Positions 23,632-24,000 of a DNA stretch of 24,000 nucleotides are shown here, piece after piece. The translations under genes were made by a program, and so were the position numbers. The notes beneath the pieces were generated by a model. The model worked only from the letters and a program-made list of their open reading frames with translations, made no database searches and was not told the origin of the DNA. The first letter of the stretch is position 1. Each line of letters opens with the position of its first letter. This DNA comes from Carbonactinospora thermoautotrophica (GTDB lineage: Bacteria; Actinomycetota; Actinomycetes; Streptomycetales; Carbonactinosporaceae). The stretch is from positions 146,593 through 170,592 of the forward strand of contig NZ_JYIJ01000011.1 in assembly GCF_001543895.1 (NCBI RefSeq). Direction: 5' to 3'.

Positions 23632-24000
23632 GCGCGCCTCCAGATCAGGACGCGGTTGTTGCCCGAGTCGGCGATCGCCAGCCGGTCGCCGTGCAGGCAG
23701 AGCCCGTACGGCCAGCACAGCGTGTCCCGTTCCACGCTGGACCAGCGGTTCTCCCCGTTCGCCTCGAAGGAGGGCTGGCCGAGCACCGCGTCGGCCGGGC
23801 GGCCGTCCGTGGGCAGGTCGTCCCACAGCAGGACCCGGTTGTTCGCGGTGTCGGCGACCGCCAGGCGGCTCCCGTCCAGGGAGGCCGCGTAGGGAAAGCG
23901 GAACCGGTCGCCCCGCTGCGGCCCGTAGGGGAACTCGCTGGCGGTCTGGAAGTCCGGCTGGCCGAGCAGCAGATCGGCGTCCCGGTCAGCCTCCGGCAGC
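23628..24000 (-). CDS. NHL-repeat protein, C-terminal part (gene continues beyond the window)
   Basis: Manual minus-strand translation gives '...[113 protein letters not shown]'. It has two 'hAhADxxNNRVLhW' NHL blades. The stop overlaps the hypF ATG as ATGA. Confidence 0.75.
   Translation of the reverse strand, partial: LPEADRDADLLLGQPDFQTASEFPYGPQRGDRFRFPYAASLDGSRLAVADTANNRVLLWDDLPTDGRPADAVLGQPSFEANGENRWSSVERDTLCWPYGLCLHGDRLAIADSGNNRVLIWRRA

Noticed and set aside
22147-23892. 581-aa plus-strand ORF and minus-frame ORFs 22283..23263 and 22929..23552 inside hypF
   Set aside because: They are antisense to, or out of frame with, a full-length HypF carrying all signature domains. They are shadow ORFs.
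1-24000. Search for CRISPR arrays, tRNA/rRNA genes, recognisable defence or toxin-antitoxin systems, and intact mobile elements
   Set aside because: I saw no repeat-spacer periodicity, cloverleaf-like segments or diagnostic defence domains by eye. The only mobile-element trace is the IS3 scar at ~13250-13490. Covariance-model and HMM scans would be needed to exclude small ncRNAs.

Overview
Very GC-rich, strongly GC3-biased actinobacterial chromosomal DNA. No rRNA, tRNA or CRISPR array was recognised. There are four blocks. (1) 53-9705 is a complete bacterial microcompartment (BMC) locus. Its gene content and order match, from memory, the RMM-type aminoacetone/1-amino-2-propanol metabolosome of mycobacteria and rhodococci. 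The minus-strand operon runs class-III aminotransferase-like phospho-lyase, CoA-acylating aldehyde dehydrogenase with a C-terminal encapsulation peptide, BMC-T, a 149-aa unknown, BMC-P, BMC-H, BMC-T, APH-type kinase, SDR dehydrogenase and a GntR/HutC regulator. An APC permease is transcribed divergently. (2) 9.7-13.6 kb is ordinary or decayed DNA: a 5'-truncated alpha/beta hydrolase fragment, a PIG-L/LmbE deacetylase, a 14-TMS-type MFS exporter and a frameshifted IS3-family transposase remnant. (3) 13660-16124 is a tightly coupled envelope-stress operon: pspA, a 58-aa mini-ORF below the ORF-track cutoff, htpX (M48 protease) and a 191-aa PspA-associated protein. (4) 16171-24000 is a minus-strand [NiFe]-hydrogenase maturation operon: partial NHL-repeat protein, hypF, hypC, a degenerate-SIS::HypC-like fusion, a canonical SIS (GmhA-like) protein, hypE, a second hypC, hypD and a 272-aa conserved unknown. 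No hydrogenase structural genes, hypA or hypB lie in the window. The least-explained items are the 149-aa shell-embedded protein with an encapsulation-peptide-like N-terminus, the SIS / degenerate-SIS::HypC pair inside the hyp operon, and the psp-htpX four-gene module with its unannotated mini-ORF. Most long ORFs antisense to these genes are high-GC shadow ORFs. All family assignments come from motif recognition by eye; no searches were run.
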